This document shows positions 8,551 to 17,491 of a stretch of 64,000 nt of DNA, in pieces. The stretch is from positions 1 to 64,000 of the IMG/VR virus record IMGVR_UViG_3300030419_007131; one strand, 5' to 3'. The translations under genes were made by a program, and so were the position numbers. The notes below the pieces were generated by a model. The model saw only the letters and a list, made by a program, of their open reading frames with translations. It did not search any database and was not told the origin of the DNA. This stretch comes from a virus. How positions within the stretch are numbered: position 1 is the first letter of the stretch; each line of letters opens with the position of its first letter.

Positions 8551-10977
8551 CTATCCGCACTTGGCGAAGCCGCACACAGTGCAAGTTACACACCCTTCAA
8601 CATAAACGAGGCCTTCGACCCCACACTCAGTACAGGTTTTCTCCGTAGCCTGTTGGCCATCTGGAATATAATTTTTCAACACTCTTGCCACGCACTTGGC
8701 GAAACTAAACATGTCCGAGTCACGATCTTTTTGAAGTTGTTCCACAACATATTGTATATTTGCTCCATGACGCAACCCCAACGAGATCATCCGAGTAAAG
8801 GCGCTGTGATTGGGGTTATCAAAAGCTTTAACCAAGTCCTTTATAATGATTGTATCACCGTTGGTTCCCACTTGCAAGTCATAAATTGAATTCATAGATT
8901 TGCGTGGATGCTTCACTAAAATACCCTCAGCCTTGGCGCGGGGAATCTCAATCAAATTTGATAGACCCCCCATAACTTCATATGGCTTGCCGTCCATAAG
9001 GCCAACCATAATGACCCACCTCTCGCCTTGAATGGTGGTGTGATGAATGTTGCAAGCGAGTTCGATGGGCCGCTTGGGAGCCTTGTGTTGTGGGAAGTCT
9101 CCAGATGTGTCCCACTTATCCACCAGCACCCCTGTACGCGAACCATCCACGTAAACGGTAATGCCCTTAAGGCCCATCTTCCAGCCTTGCATGTAAAGCT
9201 CGCCCACCAGCGCGGGATCAGTACCCTTCGGCAGGTTGATGGTAGAGCTAATGCTGTGGTCAATGGACTGTTGGATTACCGACTGGAGAGCGACGCGCTT
9301 TGTCCAATCGATGCTATCAGCCTCTACAAAGAAAGCCGGTAGGGCTCCTGGATCCTTAAAGGGATGCCACTCATGCCACTGCTGGACGTTATGGTGAAAG
9401 ACTTCGTACTCTACCCAACGATCTCCGAGATCGTCCACAAAATCAGCCTCTAGCTGCTGCTCGTCGTGAGATAGCTTGCGGCGACGAGTGTAGGAGTTAC
9501 GAAATACCGGCTCAAGGCCCGAGGAAGTCTGTGACATAATAGAAACAGATCCGGTCGGCGCGTTTGTCAGAATTGAAATGTTGCGGCGTCCATGCTGGGC
9601 GATCAATTCCTTCAGTTTCTCAGGCAACCGTTGGATAAACTCGTTGTTTTCTTCGATGCTCCAGGCAAAGGCCGGAAATGGGCCACGTTCTTGAGCAAGA
9701 TAGACGCTCTCCTCGTAGGCAGCGTCCCGTAAAGTCCGATAGATTTTCTCTGTGATTACAAGGGCTTCGTCGCTATCATACGCCAGATTGAGGCACGCTA
9801 GCGCGTCGGCCAATCCGTGAGTTCCCAAACCAGTGCGGCGACCATTTGCGGCCGCATTATATAGCTTTGTCCATAGCGCCTTTTCATCATCGGAATCGGC
9901 CACACTCCGAATGTTTTCAAGCTTCTCTAGCTCCAGTTCCACCAAGTCGTCGGACAGACGCATTCCCACCGCTGCTACCTCACGCAACTTATTAAAGTCA
10001 AAGTCTGCATTTTTTTCAAAAGAATTTTTAACGAGGCTTTTTAAATTGAGCGATATTAGTCTGCATGAGTCATAGGCAGAGAGTGGGATTTCTCCGCAAG
10101 GATTCGTTGTCTTGGTTTCAAACTCTGGATACGCATGGGCTGGCAAATTCTTAGTAATATTGTCCCACATTAAAAGCCCAGGCTCTGCGGTCTTGGTGGC
10201 TGACTCAATGATAGAGTTCCATAGCTCCGTCGCATTTATCTCAGATGTATATGCAGGGGTTTCTGCCTCTACTGGGAACTGCAGCGTGAAAGCTTCTCCC
10301 TTTTCAACGGCCTCCATAAACTCATCCGTAATCTTCACGGAAACATTGGCTCCCGTAACCTTGGTGAGGTCGTGCTTCATCTTGACGAACTCAGCAATGT
10401 CAGGGTGACGGATATCCATGGAGATCATCAGCGCACCGCGTCTGCCATTCTGTCCAATCATCCTGCATACATAGGAATAGAAATCAGCAAAACTCCAAGC
10501 CCCAGTAGTAGTCCGAGCAGAGTTGTTAACGGGAGCACCCTCGGGACGCAGATCAGAAATATCAAGGCCCACGCCACAACGACGTTTAAACAAGTTAGCA
10601 AGGTCTTTGCCAGCGTCCATAATGGACGAAACACTATCTTGTGGATTGTCGACAACCACACAGTTAGATAAAGATACATTAAGATAATCATTTCCTATTC
10701 CCATCATTGGTGAGCCCTGGGGCACAACGTATTTGAAATTCTTAAGGAAGGAATAAATATCCTCCTCTGTCAAGTGATTGGACTTGCGCGTAAGAAACTT
10801 GTCTTCCATTCTCGCGAACTCTTTCGCCAAGCGCTTATGCATATCGTCGGGCGTCTTTTCGACAAAGTTACCCTTCCTGTCGCGCAAACAGTACTTGGTC
10901 ATAAAAACGTTTGTTGCTAATTCGTCACCACCAAAATATTCCAGAGTTGCCTCACGGACTTCACTTTCTTCAAACAT
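8551..10977 (-). CDS. nrdJ: ribonucleotide reductase class II (adenosylcobalamin-dependent)
   Basis: SLSNC, RRGALM, NVSV, TNPCGE, RRTGLG, APTGS, SSGLEP, ISSTINLP, KGITVY; C-terminal Cys-rich ribbon; no beta-subunit gene nearby. Confidence 0.88.
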   Translation of the reverse strand: MFEESEVREATLEYFGGDELATNVFMTKYCLRDRKGNFVEKTPDDMHKRLAKEFARMEDKFLTRKSNHLTEEDIYSFLKNFKYVVPQGSPMMGIGNDYLNVSLSNCVVVDNPQDSVSSIMDAGKDLANLFKRRCGVGLDISDLRPEGAPVNNSARTTTGAWSFADFYSYVCRMIGQNGRRGALMISMDIRHPDIAEFVKMKHDLTKVTGANVSVKITDEFMEAVEKGEAFTLQFPVEAETPAYTSEINATELWNSIIESATKTAEPGLLMWDNITKNLPAHAYPEFETKTTNPCGEIPLSAYDSCRLISLNLKSLVKNSFEKNADFDFNKLREVAAVGMRLSDDLVELELEKLENIRSVADSDDEKALWTKLYNAAANGRRTGLGTHGLADALACLNLAYDSDEALVITEKIYRTLRDAAYEESVYLAQERGPFPAFAWSIEENNEFIQRLPEKLKELIAQHGRRNISILTNAPTGSVSIMSQTSSGLEPVFRNSYTRRRKLSHDEQQLEADFVDDLGDRWVEYEVFHHNVQQWHEWHPFKDPGALPAFFVEADSIDWTKRVALQSVIQQSIDHSISSTINLPKGTDPALVGELYMQGWKMGLKGITVYVDGSRTGVLVDKWDTSGDFPQHKAPKRPIELACNIHHTTIQGERWVIMVGLMDGKPYEVMGGLSNLIEIPRAKAEGILVKHPRKSMNSIYDLQVGTNGDTIIIKDLVKAFDNPNHSAFTRMISLGLRHGANIQYVVEQLQKDRDSDMFSFAKCVARVLKNYIPDGQQATEKTCTECGVEGLVYVEGCVTCTVCGFAKCG

Positions 10978-10979
10978 CA

Positions 10980-12347
10980 CTAGCCTCCATTGTTTTTCTT
11001 AAACTTTTTATATTTCTCAACCAAATTTTCTTTTTGCTTCTTGGCGCTGACCTCGACAATTTCATCTTCCTCAGAAGGCTCTAATACCTTAATGCAAACA
11101 TTCGAGGTGTCCATGAACAAGGGGAAGACGAGTCCGTCGGGGCCGTTGCGGTTCTTGGCCACAAAAAGTCGCCCACCATTAGCAGTCTTGTCCTCGATTG
11201 TTCTGGAAATACTGAAAATAAAGTCGGCCACAAAGCACTTGTTAAACGCTTCCGAAATAGATTCCATCGTAATGACTTCTGCGTTTAGTCCAGACCGGTT
11301 CGTCTGAGATGCTGTCCACACGGGCGCCTCGTATTCTGCTGCGATGCCGCGCAGCTCTTCATAAATAGACTCCAGTTCGTTTCTCTTCTCTTTAAGATAA
11401 CGAACAGGGCGCAATAAATCTCCATAATCAATGATGATCATGTCCACATTAATATCGCGCATGCGAAGCTTTTCCAAGTGATTCCGTATAGTTTGGGTAC
11501 TGGCGGTCTTGGTGGGATACTCCTTGACGATCAGCTTGCCTTCAACTTCTAAAACTTCCTCATAAATCTTTTCTTTAAAAGATATGAGACTTTGCAACGG
11601 AATCTTCGTGAGACAGGAATCATACCGAGAGGCTACCACGGTGTCTTGCAATTCCAAAGTATAGTGAACCACAGTCTTTCCGGCGCGCAAGGCCTGAGTT
11701 CCCAAATGGACGAGAGCCATAGACTTCCCGGCACCAGTGGGGGCTATGACTACTCCCAACTCTTTTTGGCCTAGGCCTCCCTTGCATATGTCATCAATAA
11801 GGTCCCAGCCCGTAGTCATAGGGTTGCGAAAGCGAGGCTTAAAGCGCTCTTCAAAATCCCGCTTCCAATCGTACCCCTCTTCGTTGTCCATTCCCAGCTT
11901 AAGGGAATCATTGATCACTTGAGATATTTCATCGAACGATGACGACTGCAATAGGCCAATGGATTTCACCATGGCCGATTTTAGATTCTGCTTTTTGCAA
12001 AAATCAAGAGACGTATCTTTGATATATTCAACATCTGTCAGAGCACTGATTTGACTCCGAACATAAAACTCACGTACCTGCTTAACTGTCAATTCATTTT
12101 CGTTATCCAGCTCAGATCTCAATATCGTTTTCATGATATCGCGAGAGGGATGAACTCCATACTTTTTACGATAATCAAAAATCTTATTTAAAAAAAGCTT
12201 TAAGTAATTAAGCTCTAGAAAGTTTACATCAAGGACTTCCTCAATCTGATCTGCGAACGGGCGATCATCCAAGATCACCATGCACAACTTTTCCTGAAAT
12301 GATTTTCCATACTTGGAAAAGTTGACAGGCTCTCCGTTTAATTTCAT
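10980..12347 (-). CDS. replicative DNA helicase (DnaB / T4 gp41-like)
   Basis: Walker A APTGAGKS, TLE, IIIDYGD, WTASQTNR, KNRNG; start 12347 chosen for its AAGGGA RBS (12365 also possible). Confidence 0.9.
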   Translation of the reverse strand: MKLNGEPVNFSKYGKSFQEKLCMVILDDRPFADQIEEVLDVNFLELNYLKLFLNKIFDYRKKYGVHPSRDIMKTILRSELDNENELTVKQVREFYVRSQISALTDVEYIKDTSLDFCKKQNLKSAMVKSIGLLQSSSFDEISQVINDSLKLGMDNEEGYDWKRDFEERFKPRFRNPMTTGWDLIDDICKGGLGQKELGVVIAPTGAGKSMALVHLGTQALRAGKTVVHYTLELQDTVVASRYDSCLTKIPLQSLISFKEKIYEEVLEVEGKLIVKEYPTKTASTQTIRNHLEKLRMRDINVDMIIIDYGDLLRPVRYLKEKRNELESIYEELRGIAAEYEAPVWTASQTNRSGLNAEVITMESISEAFNKCFVADFIFSISRTIEDKTANGGRLFVAKNRNGPDGLVFPLFMDTSNVCIKVLEPSEEDEIVEVSAKKQKENLVEKYKKFKKNNGG

Positions 12348-12366
12348 AGTTTCCCTTATTGTCATT

Positions 12367-12395
12367 ATAATACTATTGTTGCAACGCTTTGTCAA
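12367..12395 (-). promoter_or_regulatory. sigma70-like promoter upstream of the helicase
   Basis: TTGACA-N17-TATTAT overlapping the end of the exonuclease gene. Confidence 0.55.
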
Positions 12396-13338
12396 GCACA
12401 ATCCGATTCATTGTGGCATGCAGATCGTCCCAGTTAAACACTCCAAAACCATCCTGATTCATCATCCGAATAACCTCGGTTTTATTATAGTCATATTCAA
12501 AATTTTCCAAGGCATAGTGCACTTTATCGCGACACTGCAAAGATAGCGCAGGAGCATAAAGCTGCATCAGTTTGTAGTTCTCTATAATTACATCTCTGTG
12601 GTCCAAAACGTTCGTGAAAAACTTAGCTTTGGACTCCGTTTGCAAACAGAAATCAAAAATCTCCTGCAAAGTCACATCCTTATCTTCTCTAAGAAATTTT
12701 AAGTTTTTTGAAATACTTTTTAAGCCAGCTCGTGGGACGCCCTTAAGGTTGTCTGAGGGGTCTCCTGCGATGGCGCGTGCCATGGCGAAGTTTCGGGGAT
12801 GGATATCAAAATCCTCCACTATATTCAACTTGGTGTGCACTTTCTTTTGAATGGGTCGAAACAAAACCGTTTCATTATCGCATAGTTGGATGAAATCCTT
12901 GTCGCTAGAGACGATGACCTTCTCCCAGCCCCTGAAATGATCCAGTTGGGTGGCGTAAGCGATGACGTCGTCGGCTTCCACCTCGTCAAAACGGAGTTGA
13001 ATCACTGGCAACTCATTCAAGTATTCCATCAGACGCAATTGCTGCCACGCCATGTTGGCTTGTTGTTGTTCCTGGGTCAAGTCGGTCTGTCGATTGACGC
13101 GAATAGGCTTGCGACCTTCTTTATAGTTCTTGTTCTGCTCTCGCCTCTTGCGACTCCCACCAGGACCGTCCCAGACAATCATCACAGTGTCTGGCTTAAT
13201 GTCACGACAAAGCTTTTGCAAGATGCCCAGGAAGCCTTTTAAACCACCGATGGGCTGTCCGTGAGTAGACAGGCTTGGGTTGACGATAAACGCCCTGAAA
13301 TAGGCGTTGAGGGCGTCAACGATCATTACTCTTTTCAT
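12373..13338 (-). CDS. 5'-3' exonuclease / flap endonuclease (Pol I N-terminal domain, T4 RNase H-like)
   Basis: IVDALN, VWDG, YKEGRK, EADDVIA, SSDKDFIQL, GDPSDNLKGVPRAG; true start MKRV at 13338 (ATGA overlap), not 13515. Confidence 0.9.
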   Translation of the reverse strand: MKRVMIVDALNAYFRAFIVNPSLSTHGQPIGGLKGFLGILQKLCRDIKPDTVMIVWDGPGGSRKRREQNKNYKEGRKPIRVNRQTDLTQEQQQANMAWQQLRLMEYLNELPVIQLRFDEVEADDVIAYATQLDHFRGWEKVIVSSDKDFIQLCDNETVLFRPIQKKVHTKLNIVEDFDIHPRNFAMARAIAGDPSDNLKGVPRAGLKSISKNLKFLREDKDVTLQEIFDFCLQTESKAKFFTNVLDHRDVIIENYKLMQLYAPALSLQCRDKVHYALENFEYDYNKTEVIRMMNQDGFGVFNWDDLHATMNRIVLDKALQQ

Positions 13339-13799
13339 GCTGCTGTCCACCATTGTGGCACCTCCGACTTCCATGTAGCAAATTTTGCCTTCTCGCCATG
13401 GTAATAGGCACGATAGGCAGTCACAGCACAATCGTTTTTGTATTGTGGTGGCATCGCCTGCGCAAACGGTAGCAAGCCTGACTCTGGAAACTCTAATGAA
13501 AGACGCGAGCACCACTCAATGATGGTTTGGCTCTTGTGCGTCTTGCCATAGCGCCTAGTATACTCGGCACTCATGGCCAGGGCATGACTGATCAACCAGT
13601 CCCAGTTCTCTTGAGACTTACCTGCCCAGAGAGTGCAAGGATGCTTAGGATGGGTGCGTCGATACGGTGCATCGTACCCGTGGTTGTGCGCTACGGTGCA
13701 CAGCATCTGAGCGCTTTCTAAAATCATTTTAACAACGTGCTTGTCGCAGAGCATCTGCGCAGCAACGTCGGGTTGTTCGTGTAAAACGAATATGTTCAT
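13335..13799 (-). CDS. pyrimidine dimer DNA glycosylase (DenV-like family)
   Basis: MNIFVL...CDKHVVKMILESAQML...HPCTLW...EYTRRYGKTHKS...QAMP..YK..AYRAYY. Confidence 0.8.
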   Translation of the reverse strand: MNIFVLHEQPDVAAQMLCDKHVVKMILESAQMLCTVAHNHGYDAPYRRTHPKHPCTLWAGKSQENWDWLISHALAMSAEYTRRYGKTHKSQTIIEWCSRLSLEFPESGLLPFAQAMPPQYKNDCAVTAYRAYYHGEKAKFATWKSEVPQWWTAA

Positions 13800-13829
13800 G
13801 TGTATCCCCTAACGTATGAAGCTCCTATG

Positions 13830-13858
13830 AGTATACCTCACAGGAGCTTCGGTGTCAA
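13830..13858 (-). promoter_or_regulatory. sigma70-like promoter embedded in a 14-bp inverted repeat (13818-13850)
   Basis: TTGACA-N17-TATACT; GAAGCTCCTGTGAG-GTATA-CTCATAGGAGCTTC. Confidence 0.7.
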
Positions 13859-13879
13859 GGGTTGTTTTCTATTCTTTAT

Positions 13880-14155
13880 CTAATACTTAGCTAACTGGGC
13901 CGCGGCATTCATTAGGCCTTTAAGTGTTGAGTAAACTTTGCCGACTTCGTCCTTCAGGGCCCCATTCTCGCCATGGTCTGTGAGTGCGTCCGAATCAAGC
14001 ATCGACCCGCGGAGTTGCTTCAGGCCGACAGCAAGTTCCTTGTAAAAAGCGCGGGTCGCTTCGTTCTCCCATTTGTGGGGCACAAATTCCTCATTAACAG
14101 CATCTTCTTGAGAAAACTTTTCCCAGTTTTCCATTATAAGCTTCATATCAGACAT
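13880..14155 (-). CDS. hypothetical protein, ENWRKF-leader family
   Basis: MSDMKLIMENWEKFSQEDAVNEE; AGGAG RBS; CTATTTA at 14181-14187. Confidence 0.6.
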   Translation of the reverse strand: MSDMKLIMENWEKFSQEDAVNEEFVPHKWENEATRAFYKELAVGLKQLRGSMLDSDALTDHGENGALKDEVGKVYSTLKGLMNAAAQLAKY

Positions 14156-14180
14156 CGCGCAGGTCTCCTAAGACGTATAA

Positions 14181-14187
14181 TAAATAG
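14181..14187 (-). promoter_or_regulatory. putative late promoter motif CTATTTA
   Basis: Immediately after the recA stop codon. Confidence 0.6.
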
Positions 14188-14189
14188 TC

Positions 14190-15311
14190 TTATTCTTTGT
14201 CTACGTCGTAGAAATCTTCGGCGCTTCCCTCGCGGGTATCAAATTTACGAATGATCTCTTCATCCATGATCTCGAACACTCGGTTCTTGAACTTCTCGTC
14301 TTCCAGTTTGGAAACCCAATGAGCGGTCTGGAACTTCTCTTCGGTTCCGTCCTTGTGGACCAGCGCAAACCAGGCGCCTGCCTGCTTCAGGTTATCGGAT
14401 CCCTTGATGGCTTCCAGCCAACTCTCTTGGTCCTGAATACCGACCTCGTCGGTGCCCCATAGAATCTTGAACGCGCAATTACGGCCCTGTGTTCCGAAGC
14501 GAGACTTCTCAAGTTTAACCTTCACCTCCGAACCGATGCGGAAACCACTCTCATCCTCGATGAAAGCAGACTTCGCCTTCCGGCCTGTCAGCCAGATGCG
14601 CAGAGAGTATACATAGTGCATAGCCTTTCCGCCTGGAGTGATGTAGGGGGTCGTCATTGCGACGATGCGTGCGTTCGGTCCCTGGGGAATGTTGGTCTTC
14701 AACTGATTGAGAACCAGGAACGCAGACTTTGTATTCGCAATGGGGATTGTCAGCTTGGACATTCCCTTGGATAGAATGCGTGCCTTCATTGCCATGGTGG
14801 ACTGGGGGTTGAAGTCCCCCTCCACATCGGAGACGGTAGGAGTCAGAGCCAGCGAATCCCAGATGAACAGGGTTCTCTCAGCGCCACTATTTAAGACACT
14901 CTCCACTGTTTCTAGAACGTGCTCCACAGACTGTGCCTGGACGTAGATAAGATCATCTAAATTACATCCGGTGCGTTCTAGGAATCCTGGGTCAATCGCT
15001 GACTCTGAATCCATATATACCACCGTCATGCCCATTTTCTGAGCATTGGCTGCGCACTGCGCGGCCATAAAAGATTTGCCGGTTGATTCAAGACCTGCAA
15101 TCTCCGTGAACTTGCCGACTGGGATGCCAGCAAGTTGGCCGCGGCACACTATAGAATCCAACCACCGAGAACCAGTGGGGATCCATTCTTTTACTTCTGT
15201 AGGATTGGCTTCCTTCAGGTTGTGGGCGACATTAACGCCCGAAGTTTTGTTGATTAAAGTCCTCAACCCATCGATTGAAATCTTGCCTGCTTTTGATTTA
15301 CTCTTTGCCAT
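14190..15311 (-). CDS. recA: RecA/UvsX recombinase
   Basis: IPTGS..LD, EIAGLESTGKS, DSESAID, WDSLA, NQLK, TPGGKA..Y, KSRF. Confidence 0.92.
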   Translation of the reverse strand: MAKSKSKAGKISIDGLRTLINKTSGVNVAHNLKEANPTEVKEWIPTGSRWLDSIVCRGQLAGIPVGKFTEIAGLESTGKSFMAAQCAANAQKMGMTVVYMDSESAIDPGFLERTGCNLDDLIYVQAQSVEHVLETVESVLNSGAERTLFIWDSLALTPTVSDVEGDFNPQSTMAMKARILSKGMSKLTIPIANTKSAFLVLNQLKTNIPQGPNARIVAMTTPYITPGGKAMHYVYSLRIWLTGRKAKSAFIEDESGFRIGSEVKVKLEKSRFGTQGRNCAFKILWGTDEVGIQDQESWLEAIKGSDNLKQAGAWFALVHKDGTEEKFQTAHWVSKLEDEKFKNRVFEIMDEEIIRKFDTREGSAEDFYDVDKE

Positions 15312-15459
15312 TTTGTGCTCCCTCTGTTAGCTCCACCCTAAGTTCATCCATTTCTCTGCATACTCTGTCTATACACATTTGTAGGTGCGCGACGTCAGTG
15401 TACAATCGCCACATAATCCATACAGCGCTAAACCCCATTATGAAAAATAAAAACCCCAT
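15298..15459 (-). CDS. small membrane protein
   Basis: N-terminal hydrophobic helix MGFLFFIMGFSAVWIMW followed by a coiled segment; start moved to 15459. Confidence 0.5.
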   Translation of the reverse strand: MGFLFFIMGFSAVWIMWRLYTDVAHLQMCIDRVCREMDELRVELTEGAQNGKE

Positions 15460-15473
15460 TTGTCCAATCCTTT

Positions 15474-15698
15474 CTAGATTACCAATTCTTGCTCTGTAAC
15501 AATTAAACAACCTTCGTTGATTAATCGCTCATAATGGGTATGATACCCTAGTTCCCCTACAGTGTCAACCACGATTTTCTTCATGGTCTCCGACTTGCCA
15601 GTAATGATACGAAGGGGTAGCTCGTTGTTGTACACAAAGCTGTGTATTTTTTGAGCTACCCCCTCGTGGCGCATACCATGCAAATCCAATGTTTTCAT
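15474..15698 (-). CDS. stand-alone Smr-domain protein
   Basis: LDLHG and IITG motifs of the Smr fold; 74 aa. Confidence 0.75.
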   Translation of the reverse strand: MKTLDLHGMRHEGVAQKIHSFVYNNELPLRIITGKSETMKKIVVDTVGELGYHTHYERLINEGCLIVTEQELVI

Positions 15699-16222
15699 GT
15701 ATTGAGCGCTAGTGTTCCCTTGGGGGTTTCCACTGAAACCTCAAACCCATTTACCAACGAGTCCGGGGTAACAAAAGAAAGCGGCCTGGGGTTCGTTTCC
15801 AGATCGTATAGATCGCCCACACGCACCCGAACAGTGGTAGAAATCTCGCAGCGGCCTCGCTTATAGTCATACTGCTGCGTAGAATATTCCACTGAATATT
15901 CATTATCGTAAATGGTAGTCGCAAGCACCTCACTAAGGTACTCTTCAAACCAGCCCTCACGATCATAATCATCCAGAGCGCCGTTGCCGCGCATTTCATT
16001 CAAGAGGTCGGTGCCCTCTGAGGGGGTACCCCACTCTGAATAAACGGGAACCCCAGATGCCAAGAGCCCCGCGAGAAACTCGACAGTGGAGGTCTCTGCG
16101 ACAGTCTCTTGTACATGACTCTCGTTAATGTGCCACACGTCAGCACCCTCGCTATAACTAAGGGTCACATAATCATCCGAATCTACGCTTAATTCACGTA
16201 GAGTATCTACAATCTTGCTCAT
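15695..16222 (-). CDS. hypothetical acidic protein
   Basis: Probable start MSKIV at 16222 with GGGAG RBS. Confidence 0.6.
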   Translation of the reverse strand: MSKIVDTLRELSVDSDDYVTLSYSEGADVWHINESHVQETVAETSTVEFLAGLLASGVPVYSEWGTPSEGTDLLNEMRGNGALDDYDREGWFEEYLSEVLATTIYDNEYSVEYSTQQYDYKRGRCEISTTVRVRVGDLYDLETNPRPLSFVTPDSLVNGFEVSVETPKGTLALNT

Positions 16223-16224
16223 TT

Positions 16225-16398
16225 TTAGTTCTCTCCCGTAGATGAACGTCGCACCATACACGAGGCTGCGAAATCACTCAGTTCCTCGTGGAATCCCTCA
16301 TTGGTTGCGCGCGCCCAGATGGGATGCCCGTAATCAATATTGCTATCGTCGAACGTACGCGCGATTTCTTTCAAAATCTTCTCTTCTTCTTCACTCAT
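16225..16398 (-). CDS. hypothetical protein (57 aa)
   Basis: Not in track; MSEEEEKILKEIARTFDDSNIDYGHPIWARATNEGFHEELSDFAASCMVRRSSTGEN with AAGGGAG RBS. Confidence 0.55.
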   Translation of the reverse strand: MSEEEEKILKEIARTFDDSNIDYGHPIWARATNEGFHEELSDFAASCMVRRSSTGEN

Positions 16399-16426
16399 TT
16401 TAAACTCCCTTTCGTTGTGAAAAATT

Positions 16427-16457
16427 GAGGCATCTGTATCCCCATGCCTCCCTGCGG
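16427..16457 (-). repeat. intergenic stem-loop element, copy A
   Basis: CCGCAGG-GAGGCAT-GGGGATACAG-ATGCCTC; related to copy B. Confidence 0.65.
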
Positions 16458-16467
16458 CTGGCAGAGC

Positions 16468-16659
16468 TTAACCTGCGTTCTTAGTCTCTTGAACCTCAAC
16501 GCGTAGCTCTTGAGCCAGCGTCTTAACTTCCTGCATCGCCTTGCGCACACGCGTTCCGGCTGCATTATTACCCCGATCAAAGAACTTATCGTGATCATCA
16601 CGAGTCTCTTCAAGCAGCGCAATCATCTCTTCAAGCAGATTAGTTTCATCAGTAGTCAT
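16468..16659 (-). CDS. histone H1-like protein (Hc1 family, short form)
   Basis: DKFFDRGNNAAGTRVRKAMQEVKTLAQELR signature. Confidence 0.8.
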   Translation of the reverse strand: MTTDETNLLEEMIALLEETRDDHDKFFDRGNNAAGTRVRKAMQEVKTLAQELRVEVQETKNAG

Positions 16660-16677
16660 AACTCTTCCTTTCTATGT

Positions 16678-16709
16678 GAGGCACCTGATAACCCTGTGCC
16701 TCCCTGTGG
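16678..16709 (-). repeat. intergenic stem-loop element, copy B
   Basis: CCACAGG-GAGGCAC-AGGGTTATCAG-GTGCCTC; compensatory C-G versus T-A pair relative to copy A. Confidence 0.65.
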
Positions 16710-16717
16710 GGGGGATA

Positions 16718-17491
16718 TTAGAGAGCGCCAAGCTCTGCGAAAGCGGCATCGACAGCGTTAGCTTCGCCGTCCGTCTTGTTGCCATACTTCGTAGTCTCGC
16801 TGCTAACAGTCTCAGGGTCATCGACCTGAGCATTAACAAACGTATCCAGAATCGTCTGCACATCAGCAGTCGTCTTTCGCTCGAATAGACCGGAGAATTC
16901 CGGAATGCTATCGAGAAGCTCAGCACACTTGTCGGGGGTCAAGTCCTCGCAGAGCGGGGAGGACCGGCGACGAGGCACCAGCTTCGTCTGGGGGAAGGAA
17001 GCCCCTGGCGGCTTCCCGTAGGTCATAGTGAGATCCGTGCCAGTCTCGGTGTCGGTGATGTCACCATACTCTGGATTGAGCACGAGAGTGAGCAGGTTCT
17101 CATAGGCAGTCTTGCCGTAACCCCATACACGCACGCCCTTCTCTTCTTCTCCCCGAACCATCACGGGGCTGAAGAAACGTTGGCGCACAAAAAGAGACTT
17201 TGCGGTCTTCTTACTGTGTTCGTCGTTATTGTCGACGCCCTCACGCCAAAGCTGTGAGGCGAACTCACACACGGGACACTCGTCACCGTAGTTGCGCTTA
17301 GGACACAAGAAGCCACCCTTCTCGACATTGTAGTGAAACCACATCTCCTTGAAGGGGTCCCCGTCAGCGGTGGGAACGATCCGAATATCCTGGTCGCCAT
17401 CTTCCGGACGCCAGAAAGTGTCATTTGAGGAGTTTCCGTCTCCACGTAGTGACGAGAGCTTTTCTCTCATCTTCTCTAAATTGATACCCAT
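16718..17491 (-). CDS. single-stranded DNA-binding protein (T4 gp32-like)
   Basis: FWRP...IRIVP, HY...LCP...CPVC Zn site, VWGYG, GDITD..TG.D; acidic tail ending VDAAFAEL. Confidence 0.8.
   Translation of the reverse strand: MGINLEKMREKLSSLRGDGNSSNDTFWRPEDGDQDIRIVPTADGDPFKEMWFHYNVEKGGFLCPKRNYGDECPVCEFASQLWREGVDNNDEHSKKTAKSLFVRQRFFSPVMVRGEEEKGVRVWGYGKTAYENLLTLVLNPEYGDITDTETGTDLTMTYGKPPGASFPQTKLVPRRRSSPLCEDLTPDKCAELLDSIPEFSGLFERKTTADVQTILDTFVNAQVDDPETVSSETTKYGNKTDGEANAVDAAFAELGAL

Noticed and set aside
1316-12347. Inteins or introns in dnaE, nrdJ or the helicase
   Set aside because: Lengths are ordinary, and no splice-junction or homing endonuclease motifs were seen.
13339-13515. Long N-terminal extensions in the ORF track (exonuclease, hydrolase, tube, helicase, holin-like, 59739 gene)
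   Set aside because: They overlap upstream genes or promoters; downstream ATGs with an RBS or ATGA coupling fit better.
16427-16470. HDV-like (theta) ribozyme, suggested by GCC-TCCCTGC-GGC on the + strand
   Set aside because: No convincing P1, P2 or J4/2; copy B lacks the pairing; it is antisense to the genes; the covarying hairpin explains the sequence better.
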